Virus record (IMG/VR): IMGVR_UViG_3300013382_000004
DNA length: 64,000 nucleotides
Reading direction: 5' to 3' (one strand)
From: a virus
Taxonomy: Duplodnaviria > Caudoviricetes
Part shown: piece by piece, positions 28,311-40,106 of the stretch
Numbering within the stretch: the stretch's first letter is position 1
Layout of the letters: each line of letters starts with the position of its first letter
Made by a program: the position numbers and the translations under genes
The notes under the pieces: generated by a model
Told to the model about the DNA's origin: nothing
The model's input: only the letters and a program-made list of their open reading frames with translations
The model's database searches: none

Positions 28311-28567
28311 TCCAAACTATGTCCAGCAGAGGATTCTTGGAACCATCTTGTATCAACAACAGCAGGGTCTCCTAAAAATTCTACATAAGTTTCTGTAACT
28401 TTAGTAATTACACCAGCTAAAACATAATCTTTACGAACAGGATTATAACTAAGAATAGTCCAGTTTAATAAATTAGACTGAGCATCTTCAATATTATCTT
28501 CTTTTCTACTAAATCTATATTTTAGCCACTTGGTAGATTCTAAAGGTTGTTTTGTTGGTAGATTCAT
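28295..28567 (-). CDS. Hypothetical protein
   Basis: Operon ORF. Confidence 0.5.
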   Translation of the reverse strand: MNLPTKQPLESTKWLKYRFSRKEDNIEDAQSNLLNWTILSYNPVRKDYVLAGVITKVTETYVEFLGDPAVVDTRWFQESSAGHSLECLSQ

Positions 28568-28829
28568 TCTTTTTCCTCTTCTTTCCAGAAAGGATAATTA
28601 TCTCTCTTTTTACAAGACCTTTCATATTTACAAGAAAGCTCACATCCGTAAACCATATAATGATTATCACAATGTTTACAAACAACTTGCCCATAAGGAT
28701 TGCTTAATTCTTCAAGCATTAATACAGCTTTTTTCCCATCAATCCCATCAACACATTTTCTTTCATGTAAGTAGCATTCATCTAAAGACTAAAACTCTTT
28801 GCCACACTTTTCACAACAATATTTAATTG

Positions 28830-29273
28830 TCATTTTCCGTAAACCTCTTTCTTTTTATTTTCATAAAACTTGTTCAACCCTGCAAGGTCAGGTGCATTTG
28901 GACAAGTCTTTTCACCCATAAATGTAGTAATCATATTAATAATTCTCTTATTCCTATGATTGAGAGGTGGAATAGAGGTGTCCTTAAAAGCAGAACAGAT
29001 AAAACGAGAACAAATTTCAGGTCTTACTTCATAAATCTGACACTTGTTTTCCTCATTCAAAAAAGGACAAATATCCTTAAAACCTTTATCCAAAGCGGTA
29101 TTGCGATTAATCATTTTTACTTCTGGATGCTGACCAAGATACTTTTTAATCTTTTTTACTTCTGCATCACTTACACAAAGAATTGCAGAACAACAAGCTC
29201 CACATCCAGAACATTTACCATCAACAGTATGGTCTACTTTATTAGCCATCTGATTATTCATATTACTTTCCAA
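28830..29273 (-). CDS. YkgJ-family Cys-cluster protein
   Basis: CSGCGACC..CPFL..C.IYEVRPEIC..F.C. Confidence 0.85.
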   Translation of the reverse strand: MESNMNNQMANKVDHTVDGKCSGCGACCSAILCVSDAEVKKIKKYLGQHPEVKMINRNTALDKGFKDICPFLNEENKCQIYEVRPEICSRFICSAFKDTSIPPLNHRNKRIINMITTFMGEKTCPNAPDLAGLNKFYENKKKEVYGK

Positions 29274-31251
29274 TCCTTTTTAAAAATTCTTCTTCGCTCA
29301 TAATAGGAGTTCCTAATTCAGCAGCTTTCTTAGCTTTAGAAGAACCACTATTAGCTTCATTAGTCAAAAGATAGTCGGTTTTCTTAGAAACAGAACCAGT
29401 TAACTTACCACAATTATCAGTAATAATTTTTTCAATTTCAGAACGCTTCATAGTATTAAAAGCACCTGTAACACAGAAAGTCTTACCATTGATAAACTCA
29501 TTTGTAGCAATCTGTGCTGGCTTATCCCAAACCAAATTCAACTCAAAGATAAGATTTGCAAACAACGTATCTTCACTATTCCACCAATTATGTAAAGCCT
29601 GAGACATTGTTTCGCCAAATCCATCTAAAGTGGAAAAATCAAAATTATCAAAATCAAGGGCTTCCTCAAAAGCCATCCAATCTCCATTAAAATGCTTACT
29701 AATTTCTTTAGCGGCTGTCTTACCAATATTGGGAATGCTCAAAGCGACAAGAAGATTTTCAAGCTTAACATGACGTGACTTTTCAATAGATTCAATCAGC
29801 TTATTATAAGACTTTTCACCAAAGCCATCCATCTCAACAATTTCATCCTTGTACTTGTCAAGATGATAAAGGTCTGCATACTTCTTAATATATCCAGCAT
29901 CAATGAATCTCTTAAGAGTGGCTTCACTCAAACCATCAATATTCATAGCCGGTTTAGATACAAACTGGACAAACTTAGCCAAATTCTTTTCAGGACAATC
30001 AGGATTCTCACACCAAAGAGTCTCAGCCCCAGATTCGGAAATCTTAGTTGTTGTAGGTTTACCACAGCAAGGGCAAACCTTTGGAATTTCAAAATCTGCA
30101 TCTCCATCATCTTCGCATGAAAGAATTTGAGGAATTATCATATTTGCTTTAAAAACTTTAATAGAACAATTCTTTCTTAAACCAAGAGACTTAATAATGC
30201 TAATATTATGAACAGATGCACGGCTTACTTCTGTATTATCAAGAACAACAGATTTAAAAACTGCGGTAGGAGTAATTACACCAGTTTTGCCAACTGCCCA
30301 TTCAATATCTCTAAGAATACTTCCTGCCGTTTCATCTTCATACTTAAAAGCCAAGCTCTTACGGAAATGATGTCCTGTATTACCAAGACTTAAGCCATAA
30401 GCAATATCATCATAAGTAATAACACAACCATCAACAGGAATGCCCTTTTTGTCAGCGATTTGCTTCAACTTAACAGTTAAATTTTCAACTTCATAAAGGT
30501 CAACATTATCCCCGTTGAAATAATTGCAAGGAACAATAGTAAAACCTAAAGACTGAAGCTTATTCATATCTCTTTTGAAGCTGCCAGTAGTCCCCTCAAT
30601 CAAACTCCAAGCCCAAAACTGAAGACCTCTCTGAGAAGCAATCTTATTATCCAAAAGAGAAAGACTACCACTTGCAAGATTGCGCTGAGTAGCATATTGT
30701 TCTCCATCAGGAAGCTCTGCATTGATTCGTTCAAAATCTTCTCTAAGAATAATACACTCTCCATCAATAACAAGAGTTTCCTTATTATCAATAATCAAAG
30801 GCAGATTCTTCATAACCTTGGCATTATTAAGAACATCAGTTCCTTCAACACCATTACCACGAGTTTCAGCAGAAATAAGTTTTCCATTTTCATATTTGAC
30901 AGACATAGTAAGTCCATCTAACTTCATAGACAAAGCAACTTCTTTGTCCCCAGCAAAACTAAGTAAATCTTGACAACTCTTAGTCTTATCAAGAGAAAGC
31001 ATCAAATGGTCATGTTTAACCCTCTTAAGCGAATCAACAGTTTCATAACCAACTGTCTGAGTAGGAGAGTTTGAAAGAATAAAATTCTCTTCCCATTCCA
31101 ATTCACGCAATTCATCAAACAGCTTGTCATACTCTGCATCAGAGACCAAAGATTCACTGTAATTATAATACTTATCTCGATATTTATTTAGTAAACTTGT
31201 TAATTCTTTAATACGTGCAATATTTTCATAATTATTCATATTAATCTCCAT
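29263..31251 (-). CDS. ligA: NAD-dependent DNA ligase
   Basis: KLDG, TRGNG, Zn finger, HhH, BRCT (GSVSKKTDYL). Confidence 0.95.
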   Translation of the reverse strand: MEINMNNYENIARIKELTSLLNKYRDKYYNYSESLVSDAEYDKLFDELRELEWEENFILSNSPTQTVGYETVDSLKRVKHDHLMLSLDKTKSCQDLLSFAGDKEVALSMKLDGLTMSVKYENGKLISAETRGNGVEGTDVLNNAKVMKNLPLIIDNKETLVIDGECIILREDFERINAELPDGEQYATQRNLASGSLSLLDNKIASQRGLQFWAWSLIEGTTGSFKRDMNKLQSLGFTIVPCNYFNGDNVDLYEVENLTVKLKQIADKKGIPVDGCVITYDDIAYGLSLGNTGHHFRKSLAFKYEDETAGSILRDIEWAVGKTGVITPTAVFKSVVLDNTEVSRASVHNISIIKSLGLRKNCSIKVFKANMIIPQILSCEDDGDADFEIPKVCPCCGKPTTTKISESGAETLWCENPDCPEKNLAKFVQFVSKPAMNIDGLSEATLKRFIDAGYIKKYADLYHLDKYKDEIVEMDGFGEKSYNKLIESIEKSRHVKLENLLVALSIPNIGKTAAKEISKHFNGDWMAFEEALDFDNFDFSTLDGFGETMSQALHNWWNSEDTLFANLIFELNLVWDKPAQIATNEFINGKTFCVTGAFNTMKRSEIEKIITDNCGKLTGSVSKKTDYLLTNEANSGSSKAKKAAELGTPIMSEEEFLKRIGK

Positions 31252-31324
31252 TACTTATCAATTGTGCTCATAATAAGCAAAGACAAAGCAACCCAAACAA
31301 CTAAAATACCAATTACTGCATAAC

Positions 31325-32152
31325 TCATAATTTAGTCTCACTTTCTAAAAGTTCTTTCTTTAAAGAATGTGCAATCATTGTTCTTTGTACATTTTTCAAG
31401 ACTTCTTCTACGTCTTTATCAGTCTCAAAATGCTTATCCATTACATATTCATCTACCAAAACTTCTGCTTCTGTAATTAGGATTTCTGCAACTCTTTTTG
31501 CATCTTCAACAGGAAGTGGAGTAGTTTTATAACTAATTAACAATTCAGGGTCTGTAGGAACTAAAATCTTTTCATAAGTTTCATTTTCTGCAATATATCT
31601 TTTAATGAAATCAGACAATCTTGCAATATGGTGAAAATCTTTCAACCCATAACCGTAATTGTCAATATCAAACTCGTTATGTGGTGCTCGATGAAGCATC
31701 TGCTTATACTTAGTCTTCATATTACCATACATTGTCAATACAGCTTTCTGAGGACAATAATGAGCAATAGCTTCTCTATTTTTAATAACTGCTCCAAGCC
31801 ACATACCAGTATATTCTGGATTAAGTTCAAAATATTTAGTAAACAAAGTTTCAATAAAATTGATGTTTTGCTTTAAATAGCTGTTAAACATCAAACGAAT
31901 ATCTTTTACCTCTGAATGAGACCCATCTTTTTCCACTATTAATTTATTTACACAATTTTTACTATCAATCACATCATCAAAAGAGGGTAAGACTATTGTT
32001 TTTACATCTATATCTGAATTTAAAGTGTCTAAATTATAATTGCCCGAACCAAAGTAAAAAACTCCCACGACACGAGTTTCGCCATATTCTTCTATGGCTC
32101 TTAAATATCTATTTCTTATTTCTAATCTTACACCTTTTTCGTTCAACATCAA
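31325..32152 (-). CDS. Nucleotidyltransferase (Pol-beta-like)
   Basis: GSGNYNL...SDID motif. Confidence 0.7.
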   Translation of the reverse strand: MMLNEKGVRLEIRNRYLRAIEEYGETRVVGVFYFGSGNYNLDTLNSDIDVKTIVLPSFDDVIDSKNCVNKLIVEKDGSHSEVKDIRLMFNSYLKQNINFIETLFTKYFELNPEYTGMWLGAVIKNREAIAHYCPQKAVLTMYGNMKTKYKQMLHRAPHNEFDIDNYGYGLKDFHHIARLSDFIKRYIAENETYEKILVPTDPELLISYKTTPLPVEDAKRVAEILITEAEVLVDEYVMDKHFETDKDVEEVLKNVQRTMIAHSLKKELLESETKL

Positions 32153-32154
32153 TT

Positions 32155-33207
32155 TTATTCCTTAATTAAATATTTGGTAGTTTTAGGATTTAAATCTTCT
32201 ATGGTTATTTTATGCAATTTACTAAAAGGAATTCTAATCAGCGGAATATTATTGCTTAAACAAAAATCGTTTTTTATTTTATCATATTCCTATCTTTTTT
32301 CAAATTTTCCATCTTTGTCCCATTTAGTGTTGTGCTTGTAATAATGTTGCGACCCATCAAATTCTATAATATAAAAGCTATTCCCCTAATATACAATAAA
32401 ATCAAAAAAAGCAAGATGTCCTGATGGAAAACGCAATTTATAACTTTGATTGTTCTTAAATTCTATTTTATTATCTCTTAAAATTTGAGAAATCTCTTTT
32501 TCTCCTATAGATTTAATACAGCCACAGCTCTAAGTCCATTGCGAAGTCAACTTGCTTGCTCTTACTCCTATTTTATTCCCACAATCACACAAGCAATTCC
32601 AATAAACTTCGCCACATTGCAAGGTTAATTGTTCATCTATATTTATTGCGGTTAAATTTCCAAATCTTTGCCCAGTTAAATCACGTCTTTTTTCTATGCC
32701 CCTCTCTTTTTTCAAACAACCGCAAGATTTCGAATGCCCCTAAGTTAAATTAGATGCTAATTTTAAAACGGGCTATGAACCACAATCACACTAACATAAA
32801 CACAAGTGTTTCCCTTTTTCCATATGGTCAGAAATGACTGTTAATTTTCCAAATTTCTATCCAATTAAACTTTCCATCTCAGAGCCTTTATTAGCTAAAC
32901 ACCCGCAGCTTTTTATTCTTCCATGCATTAAATCTGTACGACGCAAAGCTAAATTTTTCTTCCCACAAGAACAATCACAAATTACGAAAATAGAAAAACC
33001 ATCATCTTCCACTACAGTTAATTTCCCATAAATATTCCCTATAAGATTTGTATATTCTTTTTTTAAATTGTTCTATTTAACAAAACGATAAATTAAATCT
33101 GAGCAGCAATTTAATTCTTGACTTATTTTTTTACAAGTCCAATGTTTATAACAATAGTAGTTTTTTATTAATGACTTTTCTTCGTTAGAAAAGACTCTCT
33201 TATTCAT
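32155..33207 (-). CDS. Homing-type endonuclease with Cys-rich repeats and C-terminal Vsr/DUF559-like nuclease (TAG=Gln)
   Basis: Three F/YGxLT..CxCG..SCGC repeats, FFDF..IEFDGSQH..D..K..IPLIRI; multiple TAG. Confidence 0.75.
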
Positions 33208-33315
33208 TATAGCTCGCCTCCCTTTTTATCTATTCTTACTTAATGACATTATAACAGACTGATTCTATCTTGTCAAGAAGTTATAATGAAAAAGTTGAAA
33301 GGGGTATAATACCCC

Positions 33316-33525
33316 TTAATCAACTTCTATCTTTTTGTATTTCCCGCAATTACATTCACCAGCATAGTTTTGTTCTTTAAAGGCTTTGCAAATACAAACC
33401 ATATCATCAGTTTGAGTTAAACCGCATGGGCAATACTGTTTTCCATATTTCTCTTTCATTTCTGCAAGTTGGCGATTAGTTTCTTCTACTAATTCTTTGT
33501 CATCATTTAATACAATTTTTAACAT
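33316..33525 (-). CDS. Ferredoxin-thioredoxin reductase catalytic-like small protein
   Basis: YCPC..C.C..ECNCG. Confidence 0.7.
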   Translation of the reverse strand: MLKIVLNDDKELVEETNRQLAEMKEKYGKQYCPCGLTQTDDMVCICKAFKEQNYAGECNCGKYKKIEVD

Positions 33526-34019
33526 TAAGATATCCTCTCTGCATACTGATTATCAGAAGCCAAAGTAATTTTAAGAATTTCATCAAAATGACTGACAGAA
33601 TTTGGTTTATATCTGCCATATTTTAAAATTACATTGGGATACTTTTTTAATTGCTTAATTTCTTTTTCTATTTCTTCTTTATAATACCCCGTATAAATTA
33701 TAAAGTCATCATTACAATTTTGTTTTCTAAAATAATCCAGCAAAGACAAAACTTCTTCAAATTGTAACATAGGCTCTAAACCTCCTATTACGACTGCCTT
33801 TGTAATTTCGTTGTCTATATAAACTTTATAAATAGAAGAAATCAAAAATTCTTTCGTAGCTTGTCTTACCACAGGTTCGTTTTGACATACAGTAATTGGA
33901 ATATTAGCTTCATGACAACATTTCCAATCACATTTACAAGTGATAAGGAAGAGGGAGGGCTTCGCATAATTAACAAAGTCCTCCATGACAACACCTTTAA
34001 GATGAATCTTCTCTTCCAT
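33525..34019 (-). CDS. nrdG: Anaerobic RNR activase (radical SAM)
   Basis: CKCDWKC, GGLEP, YTGY, next to nrdD. Confidence 0.8.
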   Translation of the reverse strand: MEEKIHLKGVVMEDFVNYAKPSLFLITCKCDWKCCHEANIPITVCQNEPVVRQATKEFLISSIYKVYIDNEITKAVVIGGLEPMLQFEEVLSLLDYFRKQNCNDDFIIYTGYYKEEIEKEIKQLKKYPNVILKYGRYKPNSVSHFDEILKITLASDNQYAERIS

Positions 34020-34023
34020 AAAT

Positions 34024-35952
34024 TTATCCTTTCATGATAGAATCTGCATCTAAAACATTATACCAACGTCTTAAATTAAATTCCTTTTTTCTAATCTTTT
34101 GATAACTACTTACAGGGGTATAAAATCCTACTACTCTTGCATATTGGTCCGCCACAGGCTTTCCACAAATAGGACATGTTTGAGTTCCAATGAAAGAATG
34201 TTTATCTTCACAAACATTAATTTTAGTTGTAAACGCAAAATAAATTACACCTTTAGAAGCAATGTAATTAAGCATATCCCAAGCACTTTCTTTTGTTGCA
34301 AAACGATTTTCAATATCAATATGAGCAATGCAGCCTCCGCCACATTTTTCATCAAGTACGCTTCCTAAACGACACTTTTCTTTAATAGTGCATTGTTCGG
34401 TTAATGAGACCCACTAATTTGAGTAAATAAAATATTTATTTTGCTCAAACAAGAGATTATCTGCGGTACAAATTACACCAGCACAATTTTCCCGAGGGAT
34501 AGATTCAACATTAAAAGAAAAATCACATTCAAAACTATCTTTTACTTCATTGATAGTATCAAGAATCTAACAAGCAAATTCCAACCCTTCTTCTGTATAA
34601 TATTTATTACCAAACTCGTCAGTATTAATTAATCCAAAAGAATCAATAACTTCATACATTCCAAGAATACCAATAGTACAATATTGCTTGTCAAGTTCGA
34701 CTGCTCCTTCTTGATAGTTGGGTAGCAAACCTTTTTCTATATTACGCTCCAAAATATGACGCATACTAGTTAATGCCTTACAATCCAAAAGTACTCGGTC
34801 TTTAAGAAGTTCAATATATTTCTTTTTGTTAAATTTAGTCTCATATGCAATACGCATAAGATTAATTGTACTTACACGACAAGACCCAACAGACAACGCT
34901 GTACCACCAATAGAATTAACAAAAGCATCAAGCTTTTGAGTGTCAGAAAGTAAACGGCAACAATTTGAAAGCACTCCAACATTATCAGATACAAAGAAAT
35001 TAGAATCAGACCACTTAATGTTATGATAACAAGCCCATCGAGCAGTTTCTTCATCTTCAAATTTACCATCTTTATAAAGTAAAGAATAAGTTAAAACAGG
35101 GAAAGTAAACATGTTTTCACTACGAATATCACTTACTACATCCATAAACAAACGCTGGCACTTCATAATTTCTTCAATTTGGTCAATAGCGAAAGACCCA
35201 TCTGGAAATTCCAAACCACCAAACAAAGATTCAAGATAAGGACGGTCAAAAATACTTACATTTGTAAAAGCGCACTGGTCAATTCTAAGGAACGGCTGAT
35301 TTAATCTATAAACAAATTTCTGAAAATATTGTCTTAAATAAGTATCAGGGTCTTTAAAATAATGCCCGTTTTTTATATCCATTTTCCAGAAATAATAAGC
35401 CCAAATAATTACATTTGGGAGGCCAACGGCCCGAGATTGACGGTTACTGAGGAACGAAACAAACTCAATAACATCATCAAAATATGTGTCCAAATGTTTA
35501 GGAGGCTGATTATTATATCCTCCAAGGAAAAACAATCCTTCTCTTGCCAAACGAGTTAAATCATTTGCCCAACAATAGGGAAAATAACTTGCCGTAGCAG
35601 AATCGTTAAGATAAAAACCCTTGCTAAATTCCTATTCTAACCAAGCTTTAGCAGTGCGCAGTCCCCATTTTTTCTTAATTTCAAGGAAAATTTTATTTAA
35701 ACCAAAAAGCTTATCTTCACTCTTCCCCTTTTCAGTCATAAAAGAACGAATATCTCTATGGCTAGCATTTGCATTAGGGTCGATAGTAGCATCTGCCATT
35801 GTGCTTTGATTTACGAATTTATCTAAGAATTCTGAAAAATCTAACTAACTAGAATGAACCCCATTAATATATTCGAAATCTTCACCATATTTCTTTTTTA
35901 AGTCTTCAAGACATCTTTCAAAATCTTTTGTTAAACGAAGTGAAATGTCCAT
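34024..35952 (-). CDS. nrdD: Anaerobic ribonucleoside-triphosphate reductase (TAG=Gln, two CGG)
   Basis: One frame through four TAG; SNCCRL, YSN*W, CPICG, ARVVGFY glycyl-radical motif. Confidence 0.9.
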
Positions 35953-35970
35953 ATAAAATTTTCCTCCTTT

Positions 35971-36174
35971 TTAATTATTATTAATCCATTGATTTGCTTC
36001 ATTGAAAGCCATAATTTCTCCATCAACTTCAAGTAATGGAGCAGAAGCAAAACCCTTTTTAATCATTTCCTTTACATCGAAATCAGTTCTGGCTTCAAAT
36101 TCAATTCCCTTTTGTTTAAGTTTCTTTTCCAAAACAATACAACGAGGGCAATTAGTAGTATACAAAACAACCAT
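35971..36174 (-). CDS. Glutaredoxin-like protein
   Basis: YTTNCPRC, APLLEVDG. Confidence 0.8.
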   Translation of the reverse strand: MVVLYTTNCPRCIVLEKKLKQKGIEFEARTDFDVKEMIKKGFASAPLLEVDGEIMAFNEANQWINNN

Positions 36175-36197
36175 AACATCAATCTCCTTTTGTCCTT

Positions 36198-36740
36198 TTA
36201 TGTAACATCTAAATTACCATCAGATAATTTAACTAACTAATTATATAATTTCATACAACCCCAAGTATCTGCATCTGCACTATGAGCATTTTCTAAGGTA
36301 TAACCAAAATGTTCAAGCAAAGTCCCTAATTTATAATTAGCTACCTCTGTTTTTGGAATTAAGCGCTTTGCATTTTCCAAAGTGCAACAAACAGCATGAT
36401 TTGGAATTGGAATATGATATCTTTTTAGTTCTGGATAGATTACTTTATTAGCATCATATTTAGCATTATGAAAAATCCAAACACTGTCTGTCATATAATC
36501 TTTTATTTCTTCCCATACTTCATCAAAGGTGGGGCAATTTTTTATAGTATCATAGGTAATACCATTGACTTTAGATGCTCCACTTTCAATCTATGCCTAT
36601 GGATTTACTAATATATATTTATCAGCAATTTTCTTGCCATTTTCATATACTAAAATTGCAATACTAACAATTCTATTCTCTTTAAATCCAGTTGTTTCAG
36701 TATCACCTATAACGAGCTTATTATAATTAGGGAGAGCCAT
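36198..36740 (-). CDS. DEDDh 3'-5' exonuclease, DnaQ-like (TAG=Gln)
   Basis: GDTETTG, HNAKYD, HSADAD; three TAG. Confidence 0.85.
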
Positions 36741-36742
36741 AA

Positions 36743-37186
36743 TTACTCTCCCTCTACAGCTTTATCAGATTTCAGAGCATTTGCTCTCGCTGCTTCAATA
36801 GTGTTATTTTCATCCTTAATAGACAAAATTTTCTTCATCTTATTAAAAGCTTCTAAAATATATTTCAAAGAACCAGATAAACATACTCCCAAAGTTGCCA
36901 CTGTTGAAATAACAATGCTATATTCAGCAGGAATAGGAAGATTGTTTTTATTTGCCCAAGGAATAATTAAAGAGGTAGAAAGTACAAGTAGCATTGTACC
37001 ACCCGCAAAAGCCAAAATTTTATAAAGACTGTTTAACAATCTTTGCTTTTCAAAAGTTTCTCCTGCGATTTTAATATTATAATATAAAGAGAAACTAACA
37101 TTAGAAAGATATGCCATGCCAAAAATAGAAAATCCCACTAAAGCCGCTAAAAGATTTTCCAAGGCTAATTTCCAAAAATCCTACAT
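36743..37186 (-). CDS. Membrane protein, possible holin
   Basis: M*DFWKLALENL..; three TM segments; AGGAG RBS. Confidence 0.55.
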
Positions 37187-37204
37187 AACTTTCTCCTTTA
37201 AGTT

Positions 37205-37687
37205 TTAATTACCAGAACTTCCAAATCCACCAGCACCACGCTCAGTATCAGGAAGTTCTTCTACTTGTTCAAAAGTAGTGGGAAGCACAGGAAGAATCAT
37301 AGCTTGAGCAATTCTATCTCCGTGTCTAATAATTTGTGTTTCGGCACTATCGTTATGAAGAGCAACAATCCACTCGCCACGATAGTCTGCGTCAATTACA
37401 CCCACACAATTTGCAGGACGCAAGCCTTGCTTAGTAGCTAAACCACTACGAGCAAAAACTGCACCCCAATATCCAACAGGAATTGCAGTTGCGATACCAG
37501 TCTTTACCTTTACAGTCTCATGAGGACGAATCTTAATTCCTGCAACATCTTTCTGAACATCCCAACTGTAATAAGTATCATCAGGACAATCAGCATAAAG
37601 GTCAAAACAAGCATCTGTTTCGTGAGCCTTAAGAGGCATCTTAGCTGTCTTAGACAGCAACTTAATCTTTACATCCATATTTGTCAA
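37205..37687 (-). CDS. dut: dUTPase
   Basis: ARSGL, GVIDADYRGE, RIAQ, RGAGGFGSSG. Confidence 0.95.
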   Translation of the reverse strand: MTNMDVKIKLLSKTAKMPLKAHETDACFDLYADCPDDTYYSWDVQKDVAGIKIRPHETVKVKTGIATAIPVGYWGAVFARSGLATKQGLRPANCVGVIDADYRGEWIVALHNDSAETQIIRHGDRIAQAMILPVLPTTFEQVEELPDTERGAGGFGSSGN

Positions 37688-37740
37688 TCCTTTTTTGTCT
37701 AATTTTAATTTGTTTCTTTATATATAAAAATGGTGGAAAG

Positions 37741-39099
37741 TTACCCTTCCACCATAGAGTTTTTAAAACGCTTTAAGTTGTTTAGGGCTTTTGTAATTTC
37801 AGAATATTTGTAGCAAAACTGTTTCTTCAACAAGAAATCGTTTTCCTGTCCAAGATATTTGGTCTTTGTTCTGCCCTTTAATACTTTAGGAAGTTTGTCC
37901 ATCCAAAGCATTGCTTCTTTCTTATCATTCCAAAAGTCTACACACTCTGCATTTCCTTTAATTAAAATTTTATCAATTAACTCTTTATAGAGATTAAGAT
38001 ATTCATGAACAGTATTGTAATACTGCATAATTAATTCTCTATACGCATCAGGACACTTCGCTAAAAAATCATCAAATCTGTCTTCGTGAATAGCATTAAC
38101 AACTGCATTAGGAGAAATATTTTTAGATAAAGCTTTATGCATCAGGACATAATCCGATGTTTTAATTTTACATCTAAAATGATTTTTGTATCCATCAACC
38201 ATATCAATTACCCAACCTTCTTTTTCAGAAGAAAGATAATTGTCAGTATCAGCTAAAATGCTAAATAAAGTAGCATTATAATACCATTGAGTCATTTTAG
38301 AATCATATTCCTCAGCCATATCACTCAGAATATCAAAAGAAACTTCTTTGCCGTCCTTAGCATCTCTTGCCGCAAGTAAATATAAACCTTCTTGAGATTC
38401 ATCGTACTTAACCACAATGGGGTTTTTAGGAGAAATATACTCAAAAATAAAAGTATAATCAGGATAATCCTTAATTAATTCTTTCTGTCCATCAGATAAA
38501 AGTTTATACCCTTCTGCAAGTCTCCAAGATTCAGCGGGGTCTAATGCCTGAGAACCAGAACCCAAGATTCGGTCTTCATCTGCAATATATCTATACTGCT
38601 GATAAGAACCATCAAGCTTGTTGGTAATAAAAACTTCATGAGCAAAATTATATTTAGACTCAATATTTTTAGGAGACCAATCACCGTCATCCTCACCGTA
38701 GTTTTTAAACTTTGCTAAAGATGCCAGAGCAATTTCATCATTCTTTAAATCAAAAACACAAGAACGACATTCCCTATAAAGACCATCATATAATTCAAAG
38801 AAAGAACTTAAATTATAATCATCAGATAATTCAATAAAACCTTTATACTTAAATAATACATAATGGTCATAACAAGTAATCTGAAGAGGGTCAAAAATCT
38901 TGTTTAACTTCTCATTAAGTTTAGGAGTAATATTTCCCCATACTTCAAAAATTCTATCAAGCCAATCGTTAAAATTATAATTTTCAGGACAAGGTTCATT
39001 GTTAAGGAGAGTATAAGACTGGATATATTTTCTCTTTACAGTCATAACATACTGATAAAGAGGATGCCAAGTAAAATTTTTATTGAAACTAAATTTCAT
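37741..39099 (-). CDS. T4 Rnl1-like RNA ligase
   Basis: RECR, KFKN, KLDGS, FEY, EGWV, KIK..Y..H motifs; adjacent to PNK. Confidence 0.8.
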   Translation of the reverse strand: MKFSFNKNFTWHPLYQYVMTVKRKYIQSYTLLNNEPCPENYNFNDWLDRIFEVWGNITPKLNEKLNKIFDPLQITCYDHYVLFKYKGFIELSDDYNLSSFFELYDGLYRECRSCVFDLKNDEIALASLAKFKNYGEDDGDWSPKNIESKYNFAHEVFITNKLDGSYQQYRYIADEDRILGSGSQALDPAESWRLAEGYKLLSDGQKELIKDYPDYTFIFEYISPKNPIVVKYDESQEGLYLLAARDAKDGKEVSFDILSDMAEEYDSKMTQWYYNATLFSILADTDNYLSSEKEGWVIDMVDGYKNHFRCKIKTSDYVLMHKALSKNISPNAVVNAIHEDRFDDFLAKCPDAYRELIMQYYNTVHEYLNLYKELIDKILIKGNAECVDFWNDKKEAMLWMDKLPKVLKGRTKTKYLGQENDFLLKKQFCYKYSEITKALNNLKRFKNSMVEG

Positions 39100-39129
39100 T
39101 TTAAACTCTCCTTTACTATTTATTCTAAT

Positions 39130-40095
39130 TTACCCTTCGTAAGTTCCACTTGCAATTTTGTCACATTCATTAAACAGGAAAAGCTTATCAAGATTTTCTT
39201 TTCCCATAATCTTTTCCCATTTAGCTTTAGATTTCTCCGTCTCAAGGAAGAAAGGAAGCATATGAAAATTAACATAAAACAGACATTTTAAAATGTCATC
39301 CATATTAGTAAATCCAATACAATCCAGATTTGCTAAAAGGTCATATGTTCCTATATTATGATGACTATAATATCTATAATCACCAGAACCATCTTCTTTC
39401 GGCTGTCCAGTAGTTAATTTACCTAAATCATGAATCTGTGCGGCTCTATAAAGAACCTTATCATCAGTTCTCTTAGCTACTTCTTCAGCACAAATCCTAC
39501 AATGCTCATCTAAAGTATATTTATGATGATGAGTCTTCTGGTCAAAACCTTTCATCAAGTTCGTAATATAATCATCATCAGTAGTCCAATTGGACTGAGG
39601 AGCAATTACTTCAAACTGATTAAAGTTCCAACCAATCAAATTGATAATATCAAAACCTTCCTCATAGAAAGGAATCTCAAACTTACCAACCTGTCTATCA
39701 ATTACTTCTTCAGGAACAGTACGAGTTCTTGCTTTGTTCTGTCGCTTACAAACTGCCACAGGAGTAGTCATAACATAAGCAACCTTATTGACATTCTCTC
39801 TATTGCGAACAATATCAAGTAAACTTCTACGAGACTTAACATTAATATTAGTTGCATCAACAATAATATTCATCTTGTCAATGCAATTATTAATACGACG
39901 GCGGACTTCTTTAAAGACTTCCTCATTATGAGTCTGGTCATTTACATCTCCAAAAACAGTTTCACGAATTTCATCCGACGAAACAATCATTGTAGGCTGA
40001 CCCATTTTAGTCAACATGTTTTTAAGATTCTGAGCAAGAGTAGACTTACCACTTGCCACAACTCCAATCATCATCATAAAATTCGTATGTTCCAT
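39130..40095 (-). CDS. Polynucleotide kinase with HD domain
   Basis: GVVASGKST, SSDEIR, DATN, H..H..HDLGK. Confidence 0.85.
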   Translation of the reverse strand: MEHTNFMMMIGVVASGKSTLAQNLKNMLTKMGQPTMIVSSDEIRETVFGDVNDQTHNEEVFKEVRRRINNCIDKMNIIVDATNINVKSRRSLLDIVRNRENVNKVAYVMTTPVAVCKRQNKARTRTVPEEVIDRQVGKFEIPFYEEGFDIINLIGWNFNQFEVIAPQSNWTTDDDYITNLMKGFDQKTHHHKYTLDEHCRICAEEVAKRTDDKVLYRAAQIHDLGKLTTGQPKEDGSGDYRYYSHHNIGTYDLLANLDCIGFTNMDDILKCLFYVNFHMLPFFLETEKSKAKWEKIMGKENLDKLFLFNECDKIASGTYEG

Positions 40096-40106
40096 TTTTG
40101 TTCTCC

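Noticed and set aside
34024-35952. nrdD and other split genes as pseudogenes or frameshifts
   Set aside because: Fragments share one frame and are separated only by TAG; explained by recoding
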